Positions 9,963 to 20,105 of a stretch of DNA of 64,000 bases are shown piece by piece (position 1 is the first letter of the stretch; every line of letters starts with the position of its first letter). The translations under genes were made by a program, and so were the position numbers. Origin of the DNA: Alphaproteobacteria bacterium (GTDB taxonomy: Bacteria; Pseudomonadota; Alphaproteobacteria; UBA7887). The notes below the pieces were generated by a model. It saw nothing but the letters and a program-made list of their open reading frames with translations. It was not told the origin of the DNA and made no database searches. The stretch lies in NCBI GenBank assembly GCA_965216755.1, contig CBDCGL010000011.1, forward strand, positions 832,001 to 896,000, given 5' to 3'.

Positions 9963-11795
9963 TTACAAAGGCGTCGCCAAATCGACGTCGAGATTCGCGA
10001 TGTCCGCGCGGTCCCTGTTTGCAAACTCAAGGCGGTAAAGGCGCTCGAAATGGCCTTTCGTCTGCATCAGTGAATGCATCGTCCCTTGTTCAACGATTCG
10101 GCCAGCATCAAGAACAATGATGTTGTCGGCCCGTTCTATTGTCGACAACCTGTGGGCGACGACCACCACCGTCCGATCTCGGCACAACTCCTCCAAGGCC
10201 GACTGAATCAGATGCTCTGACACCGCATCCAATGCGTTGGTCGCCTCATCAAGTATAAGAAAATCTGGATCTCGGATAAATGCTCTGGCAATTGTTAGAC
10301 GTTGTTTTTGCCCGCCAGACAGCCGAACACCATGATCACCAACGATTGTGTCATATCGATCAATCAGATTCTCCGTGAACCCATGTGCCCGGGCAAGTTT
10401 TGCGGCCTGAGTAATTTCATCATCCGATGCATGCGGACGCCCGTACGCGATGTTTTGACGTATGGAAGTGTTAAAGCAAAACGGTGTTTGTTCGACGATG
10501 GCAATCCTTTGTCGCCAAGATTTCAAATCAAGCGACTCGAGCGGCGTACCATCAACGAAGATTGCGCCTTCCGTCGGGTCGTAGAAACGCACCAGCAGCT
10601 TGAGGACTGTGCTCTTGCCCGCGCCGGACGCGCCAACCAACGCAGTGGTTTTGCCGCGCGGCAACGTCATCGAGATATTCCGCAGCGCGGCGACATTCTT
10701 ACTATCGTACGTAAATGAAACATTCCGAAATTCGATTTGATGTTCCATTTTTTCGAAAGGAATGTTGCCGGAATGGACGTATGGTTTATTCCAGCGCTCC
10801 AACATGTATGTGGTTTCGCGTACGGCCGCAGCTTCCTTCGAAAGCCGGACGCGCGCGATCTCTGCGGCCTTGATGCTTGGCGCAAGGCGAAGGACAATGA
10901 ATATGAAGACGATTAGCTCTGGGAGCCCGTTGCCAAACCGCCCGACAGTTAACAATATCGTGACCAAGAGTAGAGATGCGAAAAACTCAAAAAGCGGACT
11001 GACCACCTCAATGGTGGCGGTGCTCTTAAACGTCAAACTTCGATGGTCTTTAGAGTTCTTTTCGAATTTTTCTTTTTCTAATTCTTCAGCACCGAAAGAT
11101 CTAATAACATTAATACCTTCAACACTTTCGATCATTTTCTTTGAAAGTGCTTTGTTCGCTTCTGTAAGCAAATGACCAAATACAGAAGATTTGTGCGCCA
11201 AATATAATACTATACATGCGATAACCGCCGCAAATAAAACAAATATACTTGCAAGTTCCCAAGATACTGCAATTAATAAAGCAAAATAAACCAGGACCGT
11301 ACACAGTGAAAATACCATCGTGAGAAAAATAATGACGGCATCGCTTGTTCTCACGGTTTCGACGGTCAGCGCGTTCAAGACTCTGCCGGCGTCTGATTTT
11401 TCAAGGAAACTGTGCCCAACGGTCATGACTTGGTCAAAAATACCGGAACGCAAGCGGTGACTGATATGGGTTTGCACCCAGCTCGTCACCACCTGGTTTG
11501 CGTAAGCCAACATGGATTGGGCGATAATCGCCAATACAATGATTGCCGATATTATAGCAATACGGCTATTGCGCGGTTGTTCGTTAAACATGCCGTTTAC
11601 GACCCGAAGCCACCAATTCGCTTCGCTTGAGACCCCCGACGTTTCCATGAGGCTATGGAGAAAAGGGATGAACAGGCTAAGGCCAATGCCACCTGCAAGC
11701 GACGAAAGCGTGCCGATAACAATGACCGCGGGCATCGCCCACGGATAAATATTGATCAGTGGCAGGATCGCCCGAATAGTCTGAAGCGTACGCAT
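9963..11795 (-). CDS. ABC exporter, fused permease/ATPase (MsbA/PglK/HepA-like, putative glycan flippase)
   Basis: TM N-half; Walker A GASGAGKST, LSGGQ signature, Walker B LILDEATNALD, AHRLST. Confidence 0.9.
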   Translation of the reverse strand: MRTLQTIRAILPLINIYPWAMPAVIVIGTLSSLAGGIGLSLFIPFLHSLMETSGVSSEANWWLRVVNGMFNEQPRNSRIAIISAIIVLAIIAQSMLAYANQVVTSWVQTHISHRLRSGIFDQVMTVGHSFLEKSDAGRVLNALTVETVRTSDAVIIFLTMVFSLCTVLVYFALLIAVSWELASIFVLFAAVIACIVLYLAHKSSVFGHLLTEANKALSKKMIESVEGINVIRSFGAEELEKEKFEKNSKDHRSLTFKSTATIEVVSPLFEFFASLLLVTILLTVGRFGNGLPELIVFIFIVLRLAPSIKAAEIARVRLSKEAAAVRETTYMLERWNKPYVHSGNIPFEKMEHQIEFRNVSFTYDSKNVAALRNISMTLPRGKTTALVGASGAGKSTVLKLLVRFYDPTEGAIFVDGTPLESLDLKSWRQRIAIVEQTPFCFNTSIRQNIAYGRPHASDDEITQAAKLARAHGFTENLIDRYDTIVGDHGVRLSGGQKQRLTIARAFIRDPDFLILDEATNALDAVSEHLIQSALEELCRDRTVVVVAHRLSTIERADNIIVLDAGRIVEQGTMHSLMQTKGHFERLYRLEFANRDRADIANLDVDLATPL

Positions 11796-11964
11796 CGATC
11801 CTAGGTGCGGCTTGGGCTCAGCCCAAGAGCGAACGGGCGAGCAGACAGCGTCAGAACGAGTCGGCAGAGAGTGACCAACAGGACCAATATTTTCTTTCGA
11901 TTACGCGCTGCCATGTGGCCTACCGCCCCGGAAAACTCAGCAAGCCGCGCCGGCCGTCGGCACT

Positions 11965-13254
11965 TCACGCCCGCGCTTCCACGGTCCGCCCAACGGGGCT
12001 GCCTGCCAACCTCTCACGGACCTTTAAGCAGCGCCAACCAATCGCGCCGAGGAGAAAAAGAAGCCAAAAATAGAAGATGTGGGATATGATTGGTAGTAGT
12101 AGGTTGAAGCTCATGAAAATAACGAGGACGACAACACTTACCGACACGCTTTCGAAGAATGCCTGTGCAGCCTTGTTGCCTTGTACGATGGCCATCCGCG
12201 CCCCGTCGAGCGCGACACGCCATACACTGACGATCGCGACCACAAAAACGGCGTACGAGACTAGTCCACCCAACAAAAGGAAAATCACCAGATCTGAATG
12301 CACGGGCGCTTGTTCCATAACGACGTCGGCACCACCCCATCCCTCGCCCCAAGACGGATTCCAGTCGTAAAACGACACCACGGCGTTTGACATAAACGCG
12401 TCGCCAAACAGCAAAGAGCCGGCAAGTATCTCTTCGCGTGCCAACAACAAGACCATAATACGAAAGTCATTGTTACTCTGACCGCCAAGTAACTCTTCTT
12501 TTACATATGGTTCTATCTGAAATATGAGGAGTCCAGCGTCCGGCCAGATCAGATAGACGAGCGGCATCAGGAGTAAGCCCGCCAAGAGCGCCACACCAAT
12601 GGATGCCGCAATTTGCCGCCACCCCATGATAAAGGCACAAGTCATGGCGCCCGCACAGAGTGTCGAGACAGTTAACGAAGATGTCGGCCGCAGTGCAAGG
12701 TAAGCAAGAAGCAAAACCACAAGCAAAACGGTTGTATATTTCTTCCTCAGCAACATACTGAGACACAGCGTATAAACAAAAATAAAAGATTTAACATGAC
12801 CAGCCGTTTTCCCAATAATGAATGGTAAAAAATACCAGGCACAAGCGAAACACATTACGATCAGGATGCCGCGCGTTAACCAATCGAAATCTATTTGACT
12901 CCTATGCCACGGAATAAATGCGGCCATACCGACACAAATGAGGGGCAACAAAGCAGATGCGTAACCTTCGGAGCCACCGGTCACCCGACCGAGAATGAAC
13001 GCCACAGCACCAGCTCCGGCCAACGCTAGGAAAATGACGGGGTAAGCCGGATACAGGTTAAAGACGCCGTTCTGAATCAGGACCAAGGCGGTCAAGCCTG
13101 CGAGCCCCACGAAATACAGGTATTTGAGTTTGCTGTGGTGCCGCCCGTGCTCAATGTACGCCGTCGCATCGAGACTGAAGATGACCAGGACCACAACCAA
13201 CCCCCAAAATACCAAAGAACTCTGGAAGGCAGATTCGTCTGGCATTGCGATCAT
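11965..13254 (-). CDS. O-antigen ligase/polymerase-like polytopic membrane protein (Wzy_C/WaaL)
   Basis: About 10-12 hydrophobic segments; large loop ending in PVHSDLVIFLLLGGLV (ligase-type H[N/S]...GxxG motif); located in a glycan cluster. Confidence 0.7.
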   Translation of the reverse strand: MIAMPDESAFQSSLVFWGLVVVLVIFSLDATAYIEHGRHHSKLKYLYFVGLAGLTALVLIQNGVFNLYPAYPVIFLALAGAGAVAFILGRVTGGSEGYASALLPLICVGMAAFIPWHRSQIDFDWLTRGILIVMCFACAWYFLPFIIGKTAGHVKSFIFVYTLCLSMLLRKKYTTVLLVVLLLAYLALRPTSSLTVSTLCAGAMTCAFIMGWRQIAASIGVALLAGLLLMPLVYLIWPDAGLLIFQIEPYVKEELLGGQSNNDFRIMVLLLAREEILAGSLLFGDAFMSNAVVSFYDWNPSWGEGWGGADVVMEQAPVHSDLVIFLLLGGLVSYAVFVVAIVSVWRVALDGARMAIVQGNKAAQAFFESVSVSVVVLVIFMSFNLLLPIISHIFYFWLLFLLGAIGWRCLKVRERLAGSPVGRTVEARA

Positions 13255-13299
13255 GATTCTCTCATTCGGTTACATCATAAGATTATTTATGACGAATAT

Positions 13300-13350
13300 T
13301 ATACTCGCCACCCAACTATACTCACCGCTCAACTATTCTCGCGACTCAAC
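13300..13350. repeat. Three tandem imperfect 17-bp direct repeats
   Basis: TATACTCGCCACCCAAC / TATACTCACCGCTCAAC / TATTCTCGCGACTCAAC at 13300, 13317 and 13334. Confidence 0.75.
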
Positions 13351-13494
13351 GACCAAGAACCAGATATCTGAAACTTGGACTTGAAAGTGATCCACAAGCC
13401 ATTCTTATATGGCACCTAGCCGCATCGGACAATGCTTCGACACCCCTATCCGCATCAGTGCATAACAACACGGCAATATGGAACAGGCACACGA

Positions 13495-13691
13495 GGAGTT
13501 TGTTGAAGACCCGCTTGACTTGATCGCTGTACCGATAACGGAAGCGGCGAAAAGGCCGGGATCCGAATCTGGCGTGGCATCGGTTTGATGTTCGCCCAAG
13601 CCTTGCGGTCTGCCATTTGTTGCCGCGGCGTGGCGCTGTCATAGGCGCGATCGGCCAACAGAATGTTGCTGGCGCCCAGACGGTCCGGCAT
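13495..13691 (-). mobile_element. IS5-family transposase fragment (frameshifted)
   Basis: ILLADRAYDS...MADRKAWANIKPMP..IRIPAFS then RYRYSDQVKRVFNKL, matching the IS5 C-terminal DDE region. Confidence 0.85.
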
Positions 13692-13974
13692 ATCGGGCGC
13701 GGCTTCTTGGTATTTGCTTTACGCTTGGTCTTGAGTCGCAGTTTCGGTTTGACCGATAGATGATGGGCTTTCATTAAGCGATTGATGCGTTTCTGCTCGG
13801 CGACGATGCCGCCAACAAAACGCAAAGTATGCCCAGACCCGGCGATAGCCGGGGAACGGATGCGCTGCCTTCAGAGTGCGAATGCACGCAACGAGATCGT
13901 TACTCTGTTCGGCGACTTCGGCATAGGCGCCGCGTATCATCCCGCCACTTCGTCGTTTTTTCTCAGTTCCACAG
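13692..13974 (-). mobile_element. IS3-family OrfA end / OrfB start fragment
   Basis: TVELRKNDEVAG* with an A6 run, then IRTLKAAHPFPGYRRVWAY...KRINRLMKAHHLSVKPKLRLKTKR (HTH_21 region), frameshifted. Confidence 0.75.
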
Positions 13975-14098
13975 TTAACGCGCCGTTCCTGTGATCAATT
14001 CGATCCGCTGAAAGTCACCGGACAGGAGCATTTGCTCAGGGCTATGCCTAAGCCGCCTTGCTCACGCGAACTCTCCGGTCGAAATGGGGGCCACTTCA
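13975..14098 (-). mobile_element. IS3-family (IS2-group-like) left end and OrfA start
   Basis: Minus strand begins TGAAGTGGCCCCCATTTCGACCGGA (IS3-type TG end) and encodes SGDFQRIELITGTAR*, resembling the OrfA N-terminus xIEVITGxxRRR. Confidence 0.65.
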
Positions 14099-14415
14099 AG
14101 ATGCTGCGTGCTATCGCCGTGGCATGCCGAGCCAAGATTGCACGGATTTGATGGCGTGAGTCACCCAGGCCGCATGGGCAGACAACCCCTATTTCGTGGC
14201 ATCTGTTTGCGCTGCCGCGTTCACACCATATTGTTTTTGTGCGCGGCCGTAACCAGCATGACTAAGTCACTGAGGAAGCGACACAGTTTCATACGACCTT
14301 CAATCAAATCGCCAAAGATCGGATCCCAATGCCTTACTTGCTCGCAACCACGAAACCTTCAACCCGTACCTCTCGCCGCGGCGTGCAAATGGGGCACTAA
14401 GCGGGGAAGCGGCAC

Positions 14416-15480
14416 ATGGCGAAACGGCTACTACTTTGGGGATTGACGTTGACGTTGCCGCTGGTGCTGCTGGCGGTCGCCATTGAGACATATGGTGCCC
14501 TATTTCACGCGAGCCGCGGTATGTATCGCTACGAAGCGAAATTAGGATGGGCACCGAAACGAAACTATGTCTACGAAGGCACTGGTCTCAATTCCAATGG
14601 CGAAGAATACAGTATAGTTGCCGCAACAAACGAGCATGGTTTTCGTTTGTGGGGTAATGTAAATGCAAAAAACAAAAAGATTCTATTCTTGGGAGATTCG
14701 TATACCGGCGAACCGGATATGTCAGATGAACACGCGTATTTTTCGGAAGTAAAGCGTTTGACAGACTTGGAAGTATTCGCGATAGGCGCCGGTGGCTATG
14801 GAACACTTCAAGAACTCATGTTATTGCGAGATTTCGACGAAATCATCAGCCCAGATATATTATCATTACAATTCTGCGATAATGACTTCGTAAATAATAG
14901 TTTTATCCTCGAAGATCATTCTATTGTTCGCAATCAAAAGAACCTTCGTCCTTATTTTAAAGACGGAGATATCATCTATCGTCAATCTGTTCGGCACTGG
15001 TACCGGTTCTTGTATACTTATTCTAGGATCTTTCGCCTACTGGACGGATTGGCTCAGCAGTACCAATACACCAGGTACGATGGCTATTTCGTGCCGCCTT
15101 TTCGCGGCGTCGGCGGCCTAGTCCAGAAACAGACGGATCAAGGCTTAGATCCTTTGACTGACGAAAACCGAAACGCTGAAGACTTAACAATCCGCCTTTT
15201 GAAAATGATGGCGGATGTCGTCTCCGAAGAAACCATATTGCTGACTTTCAACTGCTCGACACGAAGAAAAACTGACCAATATCGTTGGCTTCGCGTGGCA
15301 ACGGCCGCCGGCTTTCAGCCGTTGCCTGGAATATCCCAGGCCATTGAAACCGCAAAGAAAAACGGCGTTCCGGTCTACGCACGTGACGGCGCCCATTGGG
15401 GACCGGAAGGCCATCGCATCGTCGGAATGGCACTTGCCGACGAACTAAACCGAATACTAAGTGATGCGCACGCCGATTAG
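14416..15480 (+). CDS. SGNH/GDSL-fold protein, putative polysaccharide O-acetylation or deacetylation enzyme
   Basis: N-terminal TM anchor; ILFLGDS, GAGGYGTLQE, NDF and DGAHWGPEGH blocks. Confidence 0.82.
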   Translation: MAKRLLLWGLTLTLPLVLLAVAIETYGALFHASRGMYRYEAKLGWAPKRNYVYEGTGLNSNGEEYSIVAATNEHGFRLWGNVNAKNKKILFLGDSYTGEPDMSDEHAYFSEVKRLTDLEVFAIGAGGYGTLQELMLLRDFDEIISPDILSLQFCDNDFVNNSFILEDHSIVRNQKNLRPYFKDGDIIYRQSVRHWYRFLYTYSRIFRLLDGLAQQYQYTRYDGYFVPPFRGVGGLVQKQTDQGLDPLTDENRNAEDLTIRLLKMMADVVSEETILLTFNCSTRRKTDQYRWLRVATAAGFQPLPGISQAIETAKKNGVPVYARDGAHWGPEGHRIVGMALADELNRILSDAHAD

Positions 15481-16037
15481 GCCATCGACTCATAACGCCG
15501 GGCCCATATTCTCAATGACGCTAACGTTGCGAGCGCGAGGAAGGGTCTGAAGGCGGGGATCCTGATCCGCCGCCGCATCGGTTTGGTGTTCGCCCAAGCC
15601 TCGCGGTCTGCCTTCTGTTGCCGCAGCGCATCGCTGTCAAAAAGCGCCCAGCCCTGCGGGTTTGCGACCGGCGGGCGTCCCCCAATGGGAATCCATGTGC
15701 ACGACCACATTGGTCGGCCGACTTGCCCGATGCGCTCGTGCGGTGGATCGGACGAGATCCAAATATTCGGCTCGTGTCCTGACGAAACCGAAGTTCGTAA
15801 GGTGCCTGGGTCAGACGTGACGAACTTCGGTTTCGGGACACGAGCGTCGCGCTGCGCCGCAAGTCGTCGGCGCGCGCGACACCGCGTGGTTTGTTGGGCA
15901 GCAAAGGTCTTATGATCGACCATTCGAGGTCTGAAAGTTCGTTCCGTCTTGGTGACATCGTGGGCCCCCGTCCTTGATGGAGCCTTTGACTCACGGGTCG
16001 ACCAAAATCGGAATCCCATTCATGAGTTCATGGACTA
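15478..16037 (-). mobile_element. Internally deleted IS5-family element with both terminal inverted repeats
   Basis: TAGGCCATCGACTCAT (15478-15493) vs reverse complement of 16022-16037 TAGTCCATGAACTCAT, 13/16 identical; N-terminal RRNELSDLEWSIIRPLLPNKPRGVARADD and C-terminal DSDALRQ..WANTKPM..IPAF remnants. Confidence 0.85.
15770..15845. repeat. Long palindrome (26-bp arms, 3-nt bulge, 21-nt loop)
   Basis: GCTCGTGTCC[TGA]CGAAACCGAAGTTCGT ... ACGAACTTCGGTTTCGGGACACGAGC. Confidence 0.85.
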
Positions 16038-16141
16038 GTCCAATTGTCCTCCGGCAATTGACACTGGTATAGCGCAAACTGCACGCGTGCCGCCCTAGGC
16101 TTTCAGCGTGCTCACTATTAGCTTTCCGTCACTGTTGAGCG

Positions 16142-17020
16142 TCAATCGTTTGCTAACAGATGGATAAGGCTTGACGTGTCCCAGCGCCCGCCGCCGCGTT
16201 GTTGGACATGGGCATAGAACTGATCGATCATCGCGGTGGCCGGCAACCGTGCTTTGTTGCTTTGGGCTTCCTCCAAGACGATGCGCAGGTCCTTGCGCAT
16301 CCAATCAACGGCGAAACCGAAATCAAATTTGTCTTCCGCCATTGTGATGGCCCGGTTCTCCATCTGCCAAGAACCCGCCGCGCCTTTTGAGATCACATCG
16401 ACAAGTTTGGGTATGTCCAACCCCGCCTTGACGCCGAAATTGATGCCCTCAGAAAGTCCCTGCAGCAATCCGGCGATACAGATCTGGTTGACCATTTTGG
16501 TCAGTTGACCCGCGCCAGCGTCGCCCATCAATGTCACCGCGCGGGCGTAGGAATCCATCACAGGGCTTGCCGTATCAAAGGTCGCCTGCGCGCCCCCCAC
16601 CATGATCGTCAGAACACCATTTTCGGCGCCCGCTTGGCCGCCGGACACAGGGGCGTCGAGGAATCCAAATCCCTTCTGCTTGGCCGCGGCTTCCAATTCA
16701 CGGGCCAGGTTCGCCGAAGCCGTCGTATGATCGACCAGAATGGCATCTTGGCTCATACCGGCGAAGGCGCCGTTGTCGCCATAGGTTACGCTGCGCACAT
16801 CTTCATCATTGCCGACACACATGAAGACGATTTCGCGATTCGCCGCAGCTTGGGCGGGTGTCTCGGCCGCAGCCCCACCATGCGCCGCGACCCATTCGTC
16901 CGCCTTGGCTTTTGTGCGATTGTAGACAACGACGTCGTGGCCCTTCGCGGCCAAATGACCAGCCATCGGGTAGCCCATGACGCCGAGACCGAGAAATGCG
17001 ACCTTTTGCTGCCCGCTCAT
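16142..17020 (-). CDS. NAD(P)-dependent beta-hydroxyacid dehydrogenase (GarR/3-hydroxyisobutyrate DH family)
   Basis: VAFLGLGVMG, FLDAPVSGGQAGA, GQLTKMVNQ. Confidence 0.92.
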   Translation of the reverse strand: MSGQQKVAFLGLGVMGYPMAGHLAAKGHDVVVYNRTKAKADEWVAAHGGAAAETPAQAAANREIVFMCVGNDEDVRSVTYGDNGAFAGMSQDAILVDHTTASANLARELEAAAKQKGFGFLDAPVSGGQAGAENGVLTIMVGGAQATFDTASPVMDSYARAVTLMGDAGAGQLTKMVNQICIAGLLQGLSEGINFGVKAGLDIPKLVDVISKGAAGSWQMENRAITMAEDKFDFGFAVDWMRKDLRIVLEEAQSNKARLPATAMIDQFYAHVQQRGGGRWDTSSLIHLLAND

Positions 17021-17123
17021 GATGTCCTCGCTGTGATCGGAAATGTGACAACGCTCTTATACCAAGCGCCGGGGAGGTTGACCAACCTCAGACCCACCGA
17101 GAGATAGAAAGAGGGAGCTTTCA

Positions 17124-17891
17124 ATGGGGACCACACCAAAAAAGATCGTCATGGTCACCGGGGCAACATCCGGGATCGGCGCAGCGACCGCCAGGCGCTT
17201 TGCCCAAGATGACTGCGCGCTCATCATTCTCGGACGACGCGCCGATCGACTGCGGGCGCTGGCCGCGGAGGTTGAGGTTCCGGTCCATTGCCTTGCTGTA
17301 GATGTAACCGATGCTGGCGCCGTGGCCGACGCGATCGGCGGACTACCTGCAGCGTTTCTGGCCGTCGATGTATTGGTCAACAACGCGGGCCTGGCGCGCG
17401 GCCTGGCGGCGGCACAAGATGCGTCCTTGCAAGATTGGGACGAGATGATCGAGACCAATGTCAAGGGATCGGCCTATTGCACGCACGCGGTGCTACCCGG
17501 CATGGTCGCGCGTAATCGCGGCCATATCATTAATGTCGGTTCGGTAGCCGGGTCCTATCCATACCCTGGCGGCAACGTCTATGGCGCGACAAAAGCATTT
17601 GTGCACCAGTTCACCTTGAATCTGAAAGCGGACTTGCTTCGGACTCGCGTCAGAACAACATGCTTAGAACCTGGTCTAACCGAAACAGAGTTTTCCCAGG
17701 TCCGCTTCCGCGGCGACCATGAAAAAGCCGCCCGGACCTATGCTGGCGCCGAGTCAATGACACCCGAGGATATGGCCGAAGTCATTTTTGCAGTCAACGC
17801 ACTTCCTGAGCGGGTCAATGTCAACCGCATCGAGGTTATGCCCGTGTGCCAAGGCTTTTCACCGTTTGCGATTGAGCGAACAAGCCGGTAG
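17124..17891 (+). CDS. SDR oxidoreductase, YdfG/serine 3-dehydrogenase-like
   Basis: TGATSGIG, NNAGLA, YPYPGGNVYGATKAFV, ETEFSQVRF. Confidence 0.9.
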   Translation: MGTTPKKIVMVTGATSGIGAATARRFAQDDCALIILGRRADRLRALAAEVEVPVHCLAVDVTDAGAVADAIGGLPAAFLAVDVLVNNAGLARGLAAAQDASLQDWDEMIETNVKGSAYCTHAVLPGMVARNRGHIINVGSVAGSYPYPGGNVYGATKAFVHQFTLNLKADLLRTRVRTTCLEPGLTETEFSQVRFRGDHEKAARTYAGAESMTPEDMAEVIFAVNALPERVNVNRIEVMPVCQGFSPFAIERTSR

Positions 17892-17905
17892 TTGTCCAGC
17901 GGCCC

Positions 17906-17944
17906 AAAAAAGGCCGGGGCCGGCGGATAACGCGCGACCCCAGC
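17906..17944 (-). terminator. Rho-independent terminator of groESL
   Basis: Minus strand GCTGGGGTCG...CGGCCCCGGC stem (with G-U pairs) followed by a T6 run, ~30 nt after the groEL stop. Confidence 0.7.
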
Positions 17945-17974
17945 TGATACGTCACGTTGTGGTGCGGGGATAGG

Positions 17975-19931
<1,957 letters not shown>

Positions 19932-19973
19932 TGGCGTTCTCCAAACTTGCAGCTGCATCGAAAATGGCGTGCG

Positions 19974-20000
19974 CTAGCACTCTCAATTAACGAGTGCTAA
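19974..20000. promoter_or_regulatory. CIRCE element (HrcA operator)
   Basis: CTAGCACTC-N9-GAGTGCTAA, one mismatch to consensus, upstream of groES. Confidence 0.95.
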
Positions 20001-20012
20001 CGCGCAACCCGG

Positions 20013-20040
20013 TATATGGCCGGGCCAACCAACTGTCAAG
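20013..20040 (-). promoter_or_regulatory. Putative RpoH-type promoter of groESL
   Basis: Minus strand CTTGAC-N15-CCATATA directly upstream of CIRCE. Confidence 0.65.
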
Positions 20041-20105
20041 TGGCACGGCGCAAGCTGTTGGAGTTGTCAAGGCCTATGGCAATGACGGGCCATCGACAAG
20101 CACGT

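Noticed and set aside
11040-11340. AT-rich stretch inside the ABC exporter
   Set aside because: The frame is intact and it coincides with Ile/Phe/Lys-rich TM and coupling segments; not enough to call an insertion.
6255-14098. Composite transposon bounded by the two IS3-type ends
   Set aside because: Both ends (6644 and 14098) have their element body to the left, so they do not form an outward-bounding pair.
14190-14215. Sigma-54-like TGGCATCTGTTTGC upstream of the SGNH gene
   Set aside because: GG-to-GC spacing is 9 nt rather than the required 10.
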